A stretch of 20,000 nucleotides of DNA from an uncultured virus (IMG/VR IMGVR_UViG_3300010356_003090) (lineage: Duplodnaviria; Heunggongvirae; Uroviricota; Caudoviricetes), in the IMG/VR virus record IMGVR_UViG_3300010356_003090, one strand, 5' to 3'. Of this stretch, positions 6,236 through 15,520 are shown piece by piece. Position numbers and translations under genes: made by a program. Position 1 is the first letter of the stretch. Each line of letters starts with the position of its first letter. The notes under the pieces are model-generated. The model saw only the letters and a list, made by a program, of their open reading frames with translations, did not search any database and had not been told where the DNA came from.

Positions 6236-7807
6236 CTAATCGTTGCGCAAGAGTCGCCACACGTCAACGCGCTTCTTGCCGTCAATCGTTGCCTCACCGA
6301 CCGCAACAACGGCCCCATTTTGGCGGAGGCTTTCAAGGACGGCTTTTGCGGCTTTTACGTTGTTGATCTTGCCGCAAGCACGGACAAGATCGGACGGCGT
6401 GAATTCGTCGTATTCAAGGCGATCAGCGCGGCGTAGCATCGTATCATAAACCTCTTGCAGCTTGCGATCTTCCGAAGTGACGGGCGCTTGCATCATACGC
6501 ACCGCGCTTTGCAAGTACCAACGGATCAGCAAGATCGCTTGCTCCATCTCCTCTTGTCCAATTTTGTCGAATTGCTCGGCCTTTCCTTCGTTCATAAGGA
6601 CGTGAAAATTAGCCGCAAGGCGGGCGGCGTGTTCTGCGGCTTTGTTGGAAAGCCCGCGTATTTCGGCGTATTCGCCAAAAATGCCGCCCTTTCTTTCACA
6701 TTCATCTGCAAAGGCAATCCAAGCATCAACGGCCTTTTCTGTCATTTCTAGCACCTTGGGATCAAGGGCTTTGCCGTTCTCGCTCAAAGGTTGGGGTTGT
6801 TGGGCGATCTTCTTTGTCAGATCTTGCCAGATCTGCAAAATCTGTAACGAGCGTTGCAATTTCTCGCGTTCTTGGGCGTCATAGTGGCGCGGCGCAATTT
6901 CGCGTGTTCCCCAAAGGCTTTCGGGGCAAGCGACCAAAAAACGACCCCAAAAGCCGTTCCCTTGGAGGTCTTCGTCTTTCCACGCTTCTTCGATTACGGA
7001 CGGTTGAATCAAAAGGTGCATCGAAAGGCGATATCCGCGCAAGATCACCGCCCCATCACCTTTGCGCAGAGAATTGATCTGTTTTGCCCCCCAAGCCTCG
7101 TTGTAAAAGGCCGTTGCAGCACGTTTGCGCTGCGCGTCTGCCATGCTGTAACCCCCGAAAAAAGCGCCGCCTTCGTCGGTGGATAGAATCATTGATCGCT
7201 GTCCATGTAATAATTCTTTGAACAAGCCTTCTGGCGTGGCGTTGTTCGTTATCGCTATCGGAGATCGCGGGGCAACGGGCTTGACGGCAGCGTGTGCCGC
7301 GATCTCCGCTTGGAGGGTTTCGGGATCTTCTTTGTGTTCGCGCAAGATCTCTTTGCGTTGTAGTTCCCACGCTTCTTGCGTCATTTCATACGCAACCCGC
7401 GCATCTTCCCATCCGTCGATCTGTTCGGCTTGGTGGTCGCGTATGCCCTTTGTTGCAAGGGCATCACAAGCCGACTTGCGATCCCCCGATTGCGCCACGG
7501 ATAAGAGGTAAAGACTGATCGGAACGCGATAACCCCCATTGACGGGGATCATAACGTCTGCGTGTGCTTGCGCGGCGCTAGCGAGCGATCCTAAAAGGGC
7601 GTTCATGGCAAGACTTGTGGGGGCTTGAACGACGTGCGCAAGGGCTTTTGCAAACGCTGTCAAGTGGGTGTCGGGGAGGGTAGGTTCGGGCGATCTTTCC
7701 CGCGCAATCGGAACAAGATCGGGTTCGGGTTCGCGACGGTCTGCAAGAAGATCGCTCATCTCTTGGACAAGCGATTTCGGGCCAAAGATCGACGTTTTTA
7801 CCATCAT
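6236..7807 (-). CDS. DUF3987/YfjI-family putative helicase-like replication protein (523 aa)
   Basis: PISLYLLSVAQSGDRKS (Walker A-like), ATPEGL, STDEGGAFFGGY, LSMHLLIQP, GFWGRFLV, AARLA. ATG 7807 overlaps the upstream TGA. Confidence 0.9.
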   Translation of the reverse strand: MMVKTSIFGPKSLVQEMSDLLADRREPEPDLVPIARERSPEPTLPDTHLTAFAKALAHVVQAPTSLAMNALLGSLASAAQAHADVMIPVNGGYRVPISLYLLSVAQSGDRKSACDALATKGIRDHQAEQIDGWEDARVAYEMTQEAWELQRKEILREHKEDPETLQAEIAAHAAVKPVAPRSPIAITNNATPEGLFKELLHGQRSMILSTDEGGAFFGGYSMADAQRKRAATAFYNEAWGAKQINSLRKGDGAVILRGYRLSMHLLIQPSVIEEAWKDEDLQGNGFWGRFLVACPESLWGTREIAPRHYDAQEREKLQRSLQILQIWQDLTKKIAQQPQPLSENGKALDPKVLEMTEKAVDAWIAFADECERKGGIFGEYAEIRGLSNKAAEHAARLAANFHVLMNEGKAEQFDKIGQEEMEQAILLIRWYLQSAVRMMQAPVTSEDRKLQEVYDTMLRRADRLEYDEFTPSDLVRACGKINNVKAAKAVLESLRQNGAVVAVGEATIDGKKRVDVWRLLRND

Positions 7808-9054
7808 TGATCCACCCCGATCTTGTCCGCCAAGATGTCGCAAACTTCATCGTGCCAATCTCTCGACACGTCGGGGCTATTTGAAGCCGTGGGAGAGAGA
7901 AACACAGTACAGGAGACGTTGCTTTTTTCAAATTGGGCCGCTGCTTGGGCCGCTGCTTTCAGTCCAGCCCGCGAAGGTTCTACATCTGCAAAGATGTGGA
8001 TGCGTTCGATGCCAAGCGGCGCAACGATCTTCGCCATATTCACGGCGCTCAAACACGCCACAAATTGCACATCGCTTGGTGTAGGCCCAAACAACGGGCG
8101 GTATCCAGCGAGATCTAGACAATTCGGCGTCAAGTCAGGCCACGACCACGCTTGCTTATACAATTCATGCAACGCAATTGCGGTCTCGATCCCTTCGCAT
8201 AAGACAAGTGTTTTGTACGGTTCTTTCGGCTTTTGCGGATACAACCACACACCCCCCCCGCTTACCGTTTTTTGTGGCAAGCGATAGGTCTTTTTTTGAT
8301 CTTCCTTGGCGATAGGGGCTTTTCGATACTCTCGCCACGTTGTCCCCGTCCTTTCGAGATCTTCGCGGTCTTGCGTGTTGGGTGTGCGGGTTGTGGGGCA
8401 AGACTCCAAGAAGATCACATGATACCCGCGCAATTCCCCCAAAACATCGCGGATCTCAGCAACGATGCCGCTCCATGTTTTTTTTTCTTTGGACACAGGG
8501 ATCTGCTCGATCCCTCGGATGGACGGGAAAGCCCGTGTGCGGGCAAACAGTAGCCCGCGTGTCCACATATATCCAAACAAGATCCAGTCTTTGAGATTGC
8601 TTGCTTGCCTTGCGGCTTTCCAAGCGTTATAGAACGCCCATCCAAGGGCGTTTGTTGTACGTTGACGCCACGGGTCGGACTTGTCGGGCATGGTGTCGGG
8701 ATCGGCTTGGGGGGGAGGCGTGGCGGGCTTCTGGTCGCTGTCTCGTTTGTACGTCCACCCATTCTTGAACGCGACGGCGATCAAGAAGTCAAACGAGACC
8801 GAACCTGTTGCGAAAGACTTCCATTTCCCCCGCATGATCGAGGGATCATAAGTGGAACCTTGTGCGCTCCAATCATTCCAAAGGTCGAAGCCGCGAGAAA
8901 AATCCCACGACTTGAGGGCAGTTCCTACCTTGATCCAGTCCTCGTATGACTCGACAAGATGCGAGAGATAGTGCAGTAAAACGGACATATCAATTTCGTC
9001 GAGATCGGCGGGTTGGATGCGTTGTCGGGGTTTGGATGCGTTGCGCTGATCCAT
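7804..9054 (-). CDS. primase-like protein: N-terminal PriCT-2 plus C-terminal Toprim domain (416 aa)
   Basis: YEDWIKVGTALK...WNDWSAQGSTYD...KWKSF (PriCT-2); LVLCEGIETA, IHIFAD...AGLKAA, DWHD (Toprim). Confidence 0.88.
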   Translation of the reverse strand: MDQRNASKPRQRIQPADLDEIDMSVLLHYLSHLVESYEDWIKVGTALKSWDFSRGFDLWNDWSAQGSTYDPSIMRGKWKSFATGSVSFDFLIAVAFKNGWTYKRDSDQKPATPPPQADPDTMPDKSDPWRQRTTNALGWAFYNAWKAARQASNLKDWILFGYMWTRGLLFARTRAFPSIRGIEQIPVSKEKKTWSGIVAEIRDVLGELRGYHVIFLESCPTTRTPNTQDREDLERTGTTWREYRKAPIAKEDQKKTYRLPQKTVSGGGVWLYPQKPKEPYKTLVLCEGIETAIALHELYKQAWSWPDLTPNCLDLAGYRPLFGPTPSDVQFVACLSAVNMAKIVAPLGIERIHIFADVEPSRAGLKAAAQAAAQFEKSNVSCTVFLSPTASNSPDVSRDWHDEVCDILADKIGVDQ

Positions 9055-9148
9055 CTGCTTACGTCCTTTCTGTGCGATGTTTGGCCGCTTGGTGTGATCT
9101 TGGTGTGATCATCGGCTTGATCATCGCGTGGGGGGTTGTTGCAAGCAG

Positions 9149-9178
9149 AAGATAGCAAAAAAAGAAAGGCGAGCGCAA
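9149..9178 (-). promoter_or_regulatory. putative promoter of the replication operon
   Basis: Minus strand TTGCGC-18-TATCTT with extended -10 TGn. Confidence 0.45.
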
Positions 9179-9282
9179 GGGGTTTGTGTTGCTTTCGCCT
9201 TGTATAGCAAGGTGTTTGTTCTATATCTCGTTGTTTTGGAATGAAGTTTGCTTTTGTGTGTTGTATCTTTTTTGTATCTTTT

Positions 9283-9351
9283 TTGACGCAACAACAAAAG
9301 CGCGATACAGTACAAACACAAACGCCCAAGGGGGGTGTATCCCTTGGGCGT
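9283..9351 (+). promoter_or_regulatory. putative promoter plus 5' leader hairpin
   Basis: TTGACG-17-TACAGT (9283-9311); 11-bp stem ACGCCCAAGGG/CCCTTGGGCGT (9322-9351). Confidence 0.55.
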
Positions 9352-9396
9352 CTGCTGCAACAACAATCAATCCCAGACCAAAAAGGAGTCTGTCGT

Positions 9397-9714
9397 ATGG
9401 ATCAACGACACCCCCAAGATAGCCGAATTCAAAAACAATGGCAAGTGTATTCTCTCTTTTTTTCGATGCGATCTCTTCATACAGGCGATCTATTCAAGTA
9501 TTTCGCAAGCGAAGATACGCCAAAAGACGCAATCGAAGGGCTTTTTGACGTGTTGGAGGGGTGCTGCAAGCAAGCCGTCTTGCCTTGCGAAAAAGCGGCT
9601 TGTGCGGTCGTTTTGGAGCAAGCTATCGATCAAGTCAAAAAGCGTGGTTGGACGGGGTGTTTTGCTCGAAATGTGATGCGTTGTTGTTTTTGGTTGAAAA
9701 AGCAGGGAGGTTGA
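9397..9714 (+). CDS. hypothetical protein (105 aa)
   Basis: AAGGAG RBS 8 nt before ATG 9397; lies downstream of a predicted promoter. Confidence 0.65.
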   Translation: MDQRHPQDSRIQKQWQVYSLFFSMRSLHTGDLFKYFASEDTPKDAIEGLFDVLEGCCKQAVLPCEKAACAVVLEQAIDQVKKRGWTGCFARNVMRCCFWLKKQGG

Positions 9715-9825
9715 CCAAAGATCAAAAAAGAGGGGGGGCTTGACGTGAAAGGGGGAATGTGCAGAAGATCCAGCGATCTTTGTTTTGCGCCTTGCCAAGC
9801 GTAAGCCTCTCCTTTGAGGAAAAAA

Positions 9826-10662
9826 ATGTCTCAATCTACTCAAAAGCTGGTGTACCAAAACCGCGTTACACTCGCATCTGGTGAACAAATCACCCTGCTT
9901 CCCGCAGTTCTTGGGCTTCAATTGCAAAATCAAAAGGCTGCCCGCGTGACACAGGTTGACGTTGCCCAAGGTCTCGAATACGAACTGAACGAGACCTTGG
10001 GCGTGACGGATAGCGTCGTGATCTACAACCCCACACCCAACGAGATCGAAAACGCCCATATCAACATCACGGCGCAACACTCCATTGAATACAAACCTGT
10101 CACCGAAGTCGCCGTTCCCGCCGCCGTCCCGATTGCCGACTCCTCCAAGATCACGGGCAAAGAGGAGCGCACGTTTGCCGTCCTTTCGCCCGAATTGAAC
10201 GCCGTAGCATCTCGCCTTCCCTTCGATACAGCGGGAGAGTCCACGCTTCCCGCTGGCACGATCTCTTGGGATCTTGTCAACACGGGCCGCTTCACGCTCG
10301 AACGTGCGGGAAAATACCAGATCTCTGTCTTGGCGTCTCTTTCAGCAGACGCCGTGGCCTTGGTCGCTTGCAGTCTCGTTCGCGATCCCGCGAACGCTGG
10401 TTCTGGCCCCGTGATCGAACAGCAAACGGGTACGGTGTTTCCCGACGTGACGATCCCCGACGATATCAGCGTATTTTCGGGCAATCTTCTGTTGCAAGAG
10501 ATTGTTGAGATCACCGCGCTTCAAGCGGCGGGCGCTGCGCCTGATCGCACGTTTCAATGCAGCGTGACTCCTGCCCCTGATACGGTCGTTTTGACTCGTG
10601 GCTTTACGAGTCAAGCAGCCGCCGCGAAGTGCGCGAATATCATCATCGAAAAAATTTCCTAA
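9826..10662 (+). CDS. beta-rich putative virion/surface protein, possibly with a C1q/BclA-C-like C-terminal domain (278 aa)
   Basis: GAGGA RBS; T/V/A/S-rich composition; GRFTLERAGKYQISV motif and terminal strand ANIIIEKIS. Confidence 0.6.
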   Translation: MSQSTQKLVYQNRVTLASGEQITLLPAVLGLQLQNQKAARVTQVDVAQGLEYELNETLGVTDSVVIYNPTPNEIENAHINITAQHSIEYKPVTEVAVPAAVPIADSSKITGKEERTFAVLSPELNAVASRLPFDTAGESTLPAGTISWDLVNTGRFTLERAGKYQISVLASLSADAVALVACSLVRDPANAGSGPVIEQQTGTVFPDVTIPDDISVFSGNLLLQEIVEITALQAAGAAPDRTFQCSVTPAPDTVVLTRGFTSQAAAAKCANIIIEKIS

Positions 10663-10790
10663 CCTCACCGCTTCTGCTCTACTTTTTTCTTCTTGCCTTT
10701 TTTTATCAAATCTGCTTTGCTGTTTTTTCTTGTTATCGCCCAAGGACGGGTGCGATAACGAATTCTATTTTTGGAAAAGAGAGGCAAGAA

Positions 10791-11417
10791 ATGCAGCAAA
10801 CAGAACAGCTAGATCGGCATCTTTGGCATGTTGCAGATCGTTATGTGATCCCAAACGCAATACAAGGACGCTATGACGCGCAAGGTAACGGTGTCCCGTT
10901 GGATGTGGTATGGGGAGAACATACGCTTTTGCAGTCGGACGGGCGGCAATTTTGCAGCGGGGCGGCGTGGTGGCTTCTTGTCGAATTGTTGCGCCTTGCT
11001 GGTCTTGAGGCGCATCCTGCGATCACGAAAAGCGTTTTGATGGATCTGCGCAAATTTGCGTGGGTGTGGAGTGATCAAGAGCATCATGGAGGCTTGCCCG
11101 AAGGCTTGGTAAAACATGGCTTGGGGGTGTGGGTTTGCGAGGGGGAAACCTACCCCGATCCGTCGCTTTTTGTCGAAGGTCGCTTTTTCCAGTATTGGTC
11201 TTCTTGGTCGAATACATCGGGGGGGGCCGTTGGACACAAAGGACACACGGGGATCATTGCAGATCGATCCGATTCGTCGGGAAATTTTGCGGAGTGGTCG
11301 AGCAGTCCACTTCTTGCGCTGTCACCCGATAAAAAGCCGCAAAGCATCGGTAGAAGTAAGTGGTTTATCGCTTCGCTGCATCCCGATATTTCGAGTCTTT
11401 TGCAAAAAATTCAGTAA
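10791..11417 (+). CDS. putative papain-fold (NlpC/P60/CHAP-like) Cys-His hydrolase, candidate lysin (208 aa)
   Basis: GAGG RBS; FCSG at the start of a helix; later GRFFQYW...GHTGII. Confidence 0.6.
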   Translation: MQQTEQLDRHLWHVADRYVIPNAIQGRYDAQGNGVPLDVVWGEHTLLQSDGRQFCSGAAWWLLVELLRLAGLEAHPAITKSVLMDLRKFAWVWSDQEHHGGLPEGLVKHGLGVWVCEGETYPDPSLFVEGRFFQYWSSWSNTSGGAVGHKGHTGIIADRSDSSGNFAEWSSSPLLALSPDKKPQSIGRSKWFIASLHPDISSLLQKIQ

Positions 11418-11459
11418 GCAACAACAAGCAACAACAAGCAACAACAAAAGGAGCCGATT

Positions 11460-13703
11460 GTGTGGAGTAAAGCGAGATCTGTGCTGTCCGTATTGAGAGA
11501 GATGAAAGATGGTTTGAAAGATGCGATCATTGCTTGGTTTGTGATCTATGTGATGCGTGTTCGCGATTGGATCGGTGATACGTTGAACGAGATCTTGTTG
11601 CATAGCGAGAAAGATGCAGCGGCGATCAAGGAAGGTGGACGGTTCTTGCTCTTGGGGCGTCGAATCTTTCGGATTTTTCGGCGTGTTCGTAATTTCTTTT
11701 ATCACCCGATCTTTGATCGGGATGTCCCTGTCTATTCCATTTCTGAATTTGTTCACAGCGAAACAGGCGAGATCGATCATATCTCGCTGTCTTTGTTTGA
11801 CGACTCGGTGCTTGTGGCGGTTTATGACGGCGACGATATCGAAGATGTTGCCAAGCGAAAAGCGGAGTTGGGGGATTGGTGTATGCAGCCCGTCAAGGTG
11901 ACGCCTTACGGAGCCAAACTATCCAGAAGGCGGCTTTTTTGGGTGTCTTTGCGCTATCGCAACGTTTTTCGTTTGCGAGCAGTTTTGGGGAGAGACAAGA
12001 TCGGACGAATGGCTTTTTCTGGTCGAGAATTGGCCGCGTCGGAGAAGGAGATCATCAGAAAAGAGATGCTTAGTGTGGAGGCATCAGCAGAAATTGTGCG
12101 CTATCTTGCGCGGGCGGAGTCGGATCAAGTGTGGTTGGGGGATGGGGAATTTATGCAGATCAAAGAATCCATCTCGCGTCATTTTTGGCTAGATATTCCC
12201 CTGCGCTCGGTCGCAACGCCGAATTACTGGTTAGATTACTGCGGGTTCCGTCGTTTCACTTCGCTCTTTCCCACGCGGGCGCTTTTGTTTGAATTGATCC
12301 GCTTGGAGTGCTTAGAGGGTTCGGGGATGCCGCCTTATCCGCTTCTTTCTTGTGCGGCAAATGTGACGGGTTCGGATATCGGCAATCTGGACAGGGTGAT
12401 CGAGGGTATGGATGGATTGTATCAAGGTCAATCCATCGAGCCATATCCCACAACGATCAACGAACAACGCGAATCTGTCGCCTTGTTGTTGTCGGGGTTT
12501 TGGTCAAAAGGCAAAGCCCTTGCTTCTGCATGGGAAAGCCGCCATACCCCCCAAGGCGACGATCAAAAAGATACGATTATCAGCGCGAAACAGGGTGGTG
12601 TTGCTGCGGATCTGCTTTTCTACAAAAAGCATCTTGACGCGACCGCAGGAAGCGTATTTGAGCCATTGAACGACGAGGCAAAACAGCGCGTTGTAGAGCG
12701 AAAGCAAGGCGAATTTTTGTTCGATCATCTTGGCCTTGCTTTGCATAAGATGATCAAAGATCAAGCCTCCATCATTGCCGAATCTTTGGGAAAAAAAGAG
12801 GAAGAAAGGGCGATCCGTCGTGTGATGCTTTGCTTGCTCTTTTTTGGTGTGTGTTTTGTGGATCGCGCTGTGTTGTTGCTTCTGTTGAAAGAGCGAGAAT
12901 TGCGCGATGTGGCGTTATTTCAAGCGTTGCGCCAAGATCCGCGCAGTCTTCCCGAAGGAGAGGCCGAGAAGATCGCCGCACAGTTTCGCGTTGTCGTTTC
13001 AGAAACCCTTGCGGTGTTTAATCAATTTGTGATCAAGCGCGATCTTGGCGCGGCGTTGCTTGTTGATTATGCGATGCGCACTAGGCAAGGCTTGGTGAAT
13101 TCGGATGTTTTTGATCATCGTGTGCTTATTGATCCGATGTATGCAGCGCCCTTGCTCCAAGCTATTTCGCTTCACTTTCCGCTTTCGTCGGAAATGTCTC
13201 TGTACAATTCGAATTTTTTGGAGGGGATAGACTTTGCCCCTTTGCGTCCGTCGTGGGTAGGCGGTCATTGTGAAGAGGTTGATCAAATGTTCGAGGTCTC
13301 TTTTTCCTTGCCGTATCCGTTGCAATTGCTCGTTGGCTTGCTTTCAACGTCGTTGGAAAGGCAAGCCATTTTGACAAGTGGGGTGGATGACAATAACCCA
13401 AAAACAATCGAAGGACGGGGGGCGATCTCTCGCTTTTTGGCACACTCTCTTTTTCGGCGTCTCGGTCTTTGCGGCTTGCATTTGTGGCGAAATCTGGATG
13501 ATCTGCTTGCAAAGCACATCGCGAACAATGCCGCCCAAGAGGAGCAAGACGCCGAAGATGTGCGCCTGTCGTTCTTTTATCCTCTCGACTTGCTTGAATA
13601 TCTCGACTCGTTCGATTCACGTCCTACTTGCGCGGGCAAGGAGGGGTCTCTTGTGCAATCGGAGAACGCGAATCATCCTGTTGACAAGCAGGAGACCGAT
13701 TGA
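11460..13703 (+). CDS. large hypothetical protein (747 aa)
   Basis: 2.2-kb uninterrupted ORF with AGGAG 6 nt before GTG; no motif recognised. Confidence 0.8.
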   Translation: MWSKARSVLSVLREMKDGLKDAIIAWFVIYVMRVRDWIGDTLNEILLHSEKDAAAIKEGGRFLLLGRRIFRIFRRVRNFFYHPIFDRDVPVYSISEFVHSETGEIDHISLSLFDDSVLVAVYDGDDIEDVAKRKAELGDWCMQPVKVTPYGAKLSRRRLFWVSLRYRNVFRLRAVLGRDKIGRMAFSGRELAASEKEIIRKEMLSVEASAEIVRYLARAESDQVWLGDGEFMQIKESISRHFWLDIPLRSVATPNYWLDYCGFRRFTSLFPTRALLFELIRLECLEGSGMPPYPLLSCAANVTGSDIGNLDRVIEGMDGLYQGQSIEPYPTTINEQRESVALLLSGFWSKGKALASAWESRHTPQGDDQKDTIISAKQGGVAADLLFYKKHLDATAGSVFEPLNDEAKQRVVERKQGEFLFDHLGLALHKMIKDQASIIAESLGKKEEERAIRRVMLCLLFFGVCFVDRAVLLLLLKERELRDVALFQALRQDPRSLPEGEAEKIAAQFRVVVSETLAVFNQFVIKRDLGAALLVDYAMRTRQGLVNSDVFDHRVLIDPMYAAPLLQAISLHFPLSSEMSLYNSNFLEGIDFAPLRPSWVGGHCEEVDQMFEVSFSLPYPLQLLVGLLSTSLERQAILTSGVDDNNPKTIEGRGAISRFLAHSLFRRLGLCGLHLWRNLDDLLAKHIANNAAQEEQDAEDVRLSFFYPLDLLEYLDSFDSRPTCAGKEGSLVQSENANHPVDKQETD

Positions 13704-13727
13704 ACAAAAAAACGAGGACGGCAAAAG

Positions 13728-14480
13728 ATGCAAAAGCAAGAGACATCCGAATCTTTGAAGAAAGAGCATCGCGATTTTTTGTGGAGAATGAACAGCGACG
13801 AACAAGGCGAACCGTCAAGCCCGCGTTGGCATGGGTTCGGATTCTCCGTGTTTTTTGTGCTTGTCTCGCTTGTCTTGCTTGTCTCTGCATTTTGGAAGCA
13901 CAAGATCTTGGTGGATGCCTTGCTTAAATTGCTCGGAACCATCGGCACGATCATTCTTGGGTTGTTTGGAGCCGCGCAAGCTGCAAGGGGTCTCGCGATG
14001 TTTCGCTCTGGTGGGATGCACACAAGCAGCCCAACAAACAGCGCGATGCCGCCAAGTATCCTCTCGCTTGGTCGTTCACCCGCCGAATTGCCCGCACAAG
14101 GGCAAGGACAAGGGCAAGAAGGCGATTCGATGGGAGCGCGAAACGTGCCACAGATAAACGGAAACGCCCCAAAAACAAGCGAATGGGAGGCCGTGAAGGG
14201 GAAGGGTAGGGTTTGCATCCTTCCCCCGCCTATGATGGCGATAATTTGCTTGGATGGCACAAAGGACGAAATAACCGATTCACGGGCTTTTCAGATACGT
14301 TATCGTTTGATGGAGATTGAACATTTTGATCGCAAGCGGTCGTTCTTGTGGAATTTCCGCATAAAAGGACAAGCTGAGAAAGAGGCAGCAGAGAAATTTC
14401 TTGTCCAATTTGGCAGGATACGCCGCTTTTTTCGCGAATCGCCTATCTTAGAAGGGATTGCAACGGATGGCAAAAATTAA
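13728..14480 (+). CDS. membrane protein with about 2 TM segments (250 aa)
   Basis: Hydrophobic stretches FGFSVFFVLVSLVLLVSAFW and LLGTIGTIILGLFGAA. Confidence 0.75.
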   Translation: MQKQETSESLKKEHRDFLWRMNSDEQGEPSSPRWHGFGFSVFFVLVSLVLLVSAFWKHKILVDALLKLLGTIGTIILGLFGAAQAARGLAMFRSGGMHTSSPTNSAMPPSILSLGRSPAELPAQGQGQGQEGDSMGARNVPQINGNAPKTSEWEAVKGKGRVCILPPPMMAIICLDGTKDEITDSRAFQIRYRLMEIEHFDRKRSFLWNFRIKGQAEKEAAEKFLVQFGRIRRFFRESPILEGIATDGKN

Positions 14481-14805
14481 GTATCTGTGGGCTTTTTTGG
14501 CGGTTGTGTTTGTGTTTTTGGCAGGGTTTGTGGTCTGGATCTTGTCGGGACGCCGTGGCCCCATCCCAACGCTTGACTTGCCTTCTTTGGGAAATGCCGA
14601 AGAGAAGGCCGCAAAAGAAGCCGCAAGCATCGCGCAACGGCAAGAGAAGGCCACGCAAGACGCAACGACGCAACACAACAAAGAAGCAAAGCAAGCAGAG
14701 ATCAAGCAACGCGAAACATCCGAAGAGATCGAGCGTTTGTATAACAATGGAACAAACCAAGAGCGGGTCAAGCACCTTTTGAAAGATGATGATCTGCTCA
14801 ATTGA
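14467..14805 (+). CDS. N-terminally anchored coiled-coil membrane protein, Rz/i-spanin-like architecture (112 aa)
   Basis: MAKIK plus ~20 hydrophobic residues, then an A/E/Q/K-rich helix; overlaps the neighbouring genes. Confidence 0.7.
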   Translation: MAKIKYLWAFLAVVFVFLAGFVVWILSGRRGPIPTLDLPSLGNAEEKAAKEAASIAQRQEKATQDATTQHNKEAKQAEIKQRETSEEIERLYNNGTNQERVKHLLKDDDLLN

Positions 14806-15127
14806 CCAAGAAAGCGAGTGTGCAACGATGCCGCTGGTATTGCCTAAAGATTTTGGTGGGGTCGGTTTTAAAAAAAAGCCCCCTTCCGATTTTCGATCTA
14901 GAAGCCGAACGGTGGAAGAGATCTTGAACGGTGCAGATTGCCCATTACCGCTCGAAGTGATCCCAAACCAATTGGGGATCAATCTTTGCGCAGTATCGGG
15001 CGTTTCGTGGACAGAACAAGAAGATGGGCAGCTTGTTTGTGTCACAATCCACTTCTTGCCTTCCAACGAACCCCCCGAACATCCCGAATCATCCGAAGCC
15101 TCAATCAAGGCAAGCAACCAAGAATAA
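14786..15127 (+). CDS. hypothetical protein (start uncertain)
   Basis: Fills the gap in a run of plus-strand genes; no motif. Confidence 0.5.
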   Translation: MMICSIDQESECATMPLVLPKDFGGVGFKKKPPSDFRSRSRTVEEILNGADCPLPLEVIPNQLGINLCAVSGVSWTEQEDGQLVCVTIHFLPSNEPPEHPESSEASIKASNQE

Positions 15128-15164
15128 AGCCCGATCCGTCAGGGTTTGAAAGAAAGAAAGCACA

Positions 15165-15512
15165 ATGAAGCCGAATAACCAAGATGACAGCGGTATGGAA
15201 TGGATCGTTCACCAAGCGGAATTACCATTACCCAGAAGCGGCATAGAGTGGGCCGCTCAGCAATGGGAAAAACAGGTCAAGCATCGCCCATTGCGCAACG
15301 TGCATCGAAGCGCATTGGATAGTGTTTGGCGGCAGGTCATACGCTATTTTGGCGGAGATGATCAAGCCCTATGTGGCCCAACGCATAGCGAATTGATAGC
15401 AGCGAACAACCCCATGACCACGGCAGATCTAGATCGTCTTGAGCGGGAGATCGTGGGAACCTTGGGAAGCCCAAATCTGCGATCTATAGGCAAGCGAAGA
15501 AGCGAAGGATAG
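15165..15512 (+). CDS. phage-type hypothetical protein (115 aa)
   Basis: Operon context; Trp-rich helical core WEKQVKHRP...DSVWRQVIRYFGGD. Confidence 0.7.
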   Translation: MKPNNQDDSGMEWIVHQAELPLPRSGIEWAAQQWEKQVKHRPLRNVHRSALDSVWRQVIRYFGGDDQALCGPTHSELIAANNPMTTADLDRLEREIVGTLGSPNLRSIGKRRSEG

Positions 15513-15520
15513 GAGGAGAC

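Noticed and set aside
9040..9411. Divergent genes both starting MDQR
   Set aside because: Only ~12 nt of similarity with no extended inverted repeat; ATGGATCAACG also occurs inside another gene (~18931), so chance is likely.
9740..9769. Promoter upstream of the 9826 gene (TTGACG)
   Set aside because: No convincing -10 box at 16-18 nt spacing.
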